A program made the translations under genes and the position numbers. Below the pieces are notes generated by a model, which ran no database searches, was not told the DNA's origin, and saw only the letters and a program-made list of their open reading frames with translations. Shown piece by piece: positions 60,905 to 64,000 of a DNA stretch of 64,000 bases. Origin of the DNA: the human T2T-CHM13v2.0 reference genome, Homo sapiens; NCBI RefSeq assembly GCF_009914755.1, contig NC_060932.1; one strand, 5' to 3'. How positions within the stretch are numbered: the first letter of the stretch is position 1; each line of letters starts with the position of its first letter.

Positions 60905-62572
60905 CTGAGGTACACATTTCTTTGTATCAAATAGAGTAGAGCTGTCTACTTTGCAACATTTTATGAGAATTAAATTACATAATGCACTGACTGGCCCATC
61001 TTGGATACTGAATAAATAGTAGCTACATCCAACTTTCCTTCCATCTAACAGCCATTGATCATCCTGATCTTAACCACTTATCTCTTTCTCCAGTTTCCAG
61101 CTCTACCTCCCTGAACTCAGTAGACTCTGACCTCCTGAACATGCATTGTTTTATTCTTTCTAGTCTTACGATGAATGCACGTTTCTGTGTTATTAAAGTA
61201 GCGTGTAGCTGACCACCTGGATTGGATAACTGCCTGCTGTCTGTATTGCTGCTGCTTGTCTGCTGAGCTAGGTGGAGACCTTCTTACTGGCACTTTGGAG
61301 AAACCTGTATGAGCTCTGCATTCCATTTAGCGATTGAGTATTAAGTGTTCTTCTTACCCTTCAGTGTGACTCTGCACCAGTGGCCTCTAAAATTTACTCC
61401 TTGTCTCTGCCATGTCGGGTCAGAACTGGTTTTCTTGCCTCTGTCCCACCCATGTGTTTTTAGAATATCCAGGATGAATTAATCTGTCCAGCTAAAAAAA
61501 AAAATGTACTCAACCTACAGGGTTCAACAAAACAATTGCACTATGTCATTATCATAAGCTTTCCAATGCCAGAGCATTAATATTAATGTGATATTAACAT
61601 ACACATTATGTAAAATATTACTCTCAAGAAAGTCTAAAGTGGTATTATCGACAGCAGAGAAGTGTGCTTCTCATATACAGATACAGTAATTGCCGGCATT
61701 TTGTCCTGTTTCTGAATTTCAATGTGTAGAATATTACGGTGCCTTTTTCTTCATACTTAGTTCACTACTCTATTTGGCAACTTTGAGTAATGTGTCAGAA
61801 AATAAGGTTCTTGTTCCTTACAAATTGACCCTGGCTGTCTAATGATGTGATTACACATCAGATACAGCATCCTGAAAGAAGCCAACAGGACATCATCAAC
61901 TTTCAGGTGATGGACTTTGCCACCTCCCAATTGAGTCCACATTTGAGCCTCTCGGATCAGTGTTCCATGGGTCATGTTTTCTTCGAGCTCTGAGGTCTCT
62001 TTAGTGGTCTTGTTTGTTAGGGAGTCATTGCCATATATATATATTTTTTTACCTCCACAGGACACGTGGCACACTACCATGTACCTCTTTGGTTCACTAT
62101 TTGTTTCTCATTTGGATTAAACCTGGAATACCTTGTTCTGTAGTTTCTTGATTAATGTCCTACCGTCCTATCTGCCTATCTAGGTGGGTCTAATGTCACT
62201 TCCTGCAGCCCTGATTTCCTGCAGGTGTGATATCTTCAGTCAAAGATTGTACATTATTTTGTTTATGCCTAATGAAGTAATTCGGCCTTGTAATTATATT
62301 TGGATAAATATTATTTTCACTTTGCTACAATACATGTTTCTGGAGAACCGGCCTGTGTCTCATTCTGAAGTAACTTACGGATATCAGGAGCTGAGTTAGG
62401 GTAGAGACGAATAGCACCTTCCCTTACCAAACAAATCATAGGTTCTTCCTGGAGGACACCCCTTTCTTTCATCCCAACATCATCAAGCCCAGTCCTACAA
62501 ATAGAAAATATGTGACAGATTCACACTAACTCTTTATTGCAATGGAAACCTCTTTATTGCAATGGACCTATG

Positions 62573-62738
62573 TTAGTGCTTCTCAAACTTGAGTGTGTCT
62601 AGGAATGTCCCAGAGATTTCACTAAATGCACATTTGGCCATGGTTGTTCTACGGTGCGGCTTGGTATTCCACATTTCTAAGAAACTGACAGGTGATACCA
62701 AAGCTGTTGTATGTGAAACACACTTTGGAGAGTTGGGA
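62573..62738. mobile_element. MER5-family hAT element
   Basis: AGTGCTTCTCAAACTTGAGTGTG...CATTTCTAAGAAACTGACAGGTGAT...CACACTTTG. Confidence 0.7.
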
Positions 62739-62758
62739 ATTAAATTATCTCAAATATA

Positions 62759-63099
<341 letters not shown>

Positions 63100-63677
63100 C
63101 CAAAATACGTATTTTCCTTATCTGACATTTAAGGTCAAAGAGGAAGAAGTACCAAGTTACAAATATAGAATACTCTTCAGCTAGAACTTGTACTGGTGAC
63201 TGATTTTCTCTGTGGTTCCTTCTCCATAGGACCTATGTGTATCCAAATGTCTGTAGGGAAACTGAGGCAATTTTAATATTTTCCAAGAAATTCAGAGAGA
63301 ATCCTTCCATTTAAAGAATGATTAATAACAGGCAAACATAGAAAAAATATGTTCATATAAAAGATAATATTTTTTCTGCATAATATAATTTTTCAAACAA
63401 AGGAATATTTAGATTATATTCTTTCATACAAGAGTTAGGGAAAATATTCACTGAATAACTTAAAGAAGGTTAGTGACAGGTACCTGATCTTAAATCCAAC
63501 ATAAAAGTTGATCATCTAAAAAAAGTTCTTTAGATTTTCTTAGTAACTGTAAATACTGGTAAGGCCACAATTAACCAGGCAGGTGGCGTCAAGTCACTGT
63601 GCAATGTAAGACCCCCCAACACGGGTCCAATGACGGTGACTTTCCTACGTGTGAAAGATCTATGTGCACCTGCTACC

Positions 63678-63856
63678 CAGCGTTTCTCAACATTCAGCAT
63701 GCATTCCCATCTCACTGGGAGGGCTTGTGCAAACACAGATGGCTGGACCCCACACCCAGAGTTTCCACTTCAGTGTGACTGAAAATTTACATTTCTAGCA
63801 CTGTCCCAGGCAATGCTCATACTGCCAGTCCAGGAACCACTCTTTGAGAACCACAC
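63678..63856 (-). mobile_element. MER5A (hAT-Charlie)
   Basis: CAGCGTTTCTCAAC...GGAGGGCTTGTGCAAACACAGATGGCTGG...CCCAGAGTTTC...ACCACTCTTTGAGAACCAC. Confidence 0.85.
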
Positions 63857-64000
63857 TCAGTATCTCCTTATCCACATCCAAGTCCACGCAGATAATAGAC
63901 TCGTCTTAAAATTGGATGCTGATCACCCTAAACCTTGCTCAGAATTCTTCACCACCCTCTACTGTAGTTAACAAAGTCCAAACATCTGGGCCTGGCATTC

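Overview
This is AT-rich, CpG-depleted primate (human-like) non-coding DNA, either a deep intron or intergenic. I could not identify the locus or host gene. I find no credible protein-coding gene, RNA gene, CpG island or CRISPR array. The listed ORFs are short, many start at GTG/TTG, and the longest lie inside L2, Alu or minisatellite sequence. Recognisable content is mostly interspersed repeats: 11 Alu/FLAM copies, L1PA and L1ME fragments, extensive L2 and MIR, MaLR/ERV solo LTRs, a near full-length Tigger3b and several hAT MERs. Repeat family names come from recalled consensus sequences and need RepeatMasker/Dfam confirmation. The most notable structures are: (1) a ~51-copy 16-bp minisatellite at 58.15-58.98 kb with higher-order structure and dense E-box/MEIS motifs; (2) a perfect 50-bp AT palindrome that grew inside an L1PA 3' end at 12.0 kb; (3) a motif-dense unique segment at 46.6-46.8 kb resembling a developmental enhancer; (4) an NFI/CCAAT+TATA promoter-like module at 16.1 kb and several well-formed + strand non-coding exon candidates; (5) two closely spaced inverted Alu pairs, an L2 with an inverted 5' part, and a 50-bp tandem repeat split by an LTR. 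I see no direct evidence for a new multi-component biological system; all functional readings are hypotheses.
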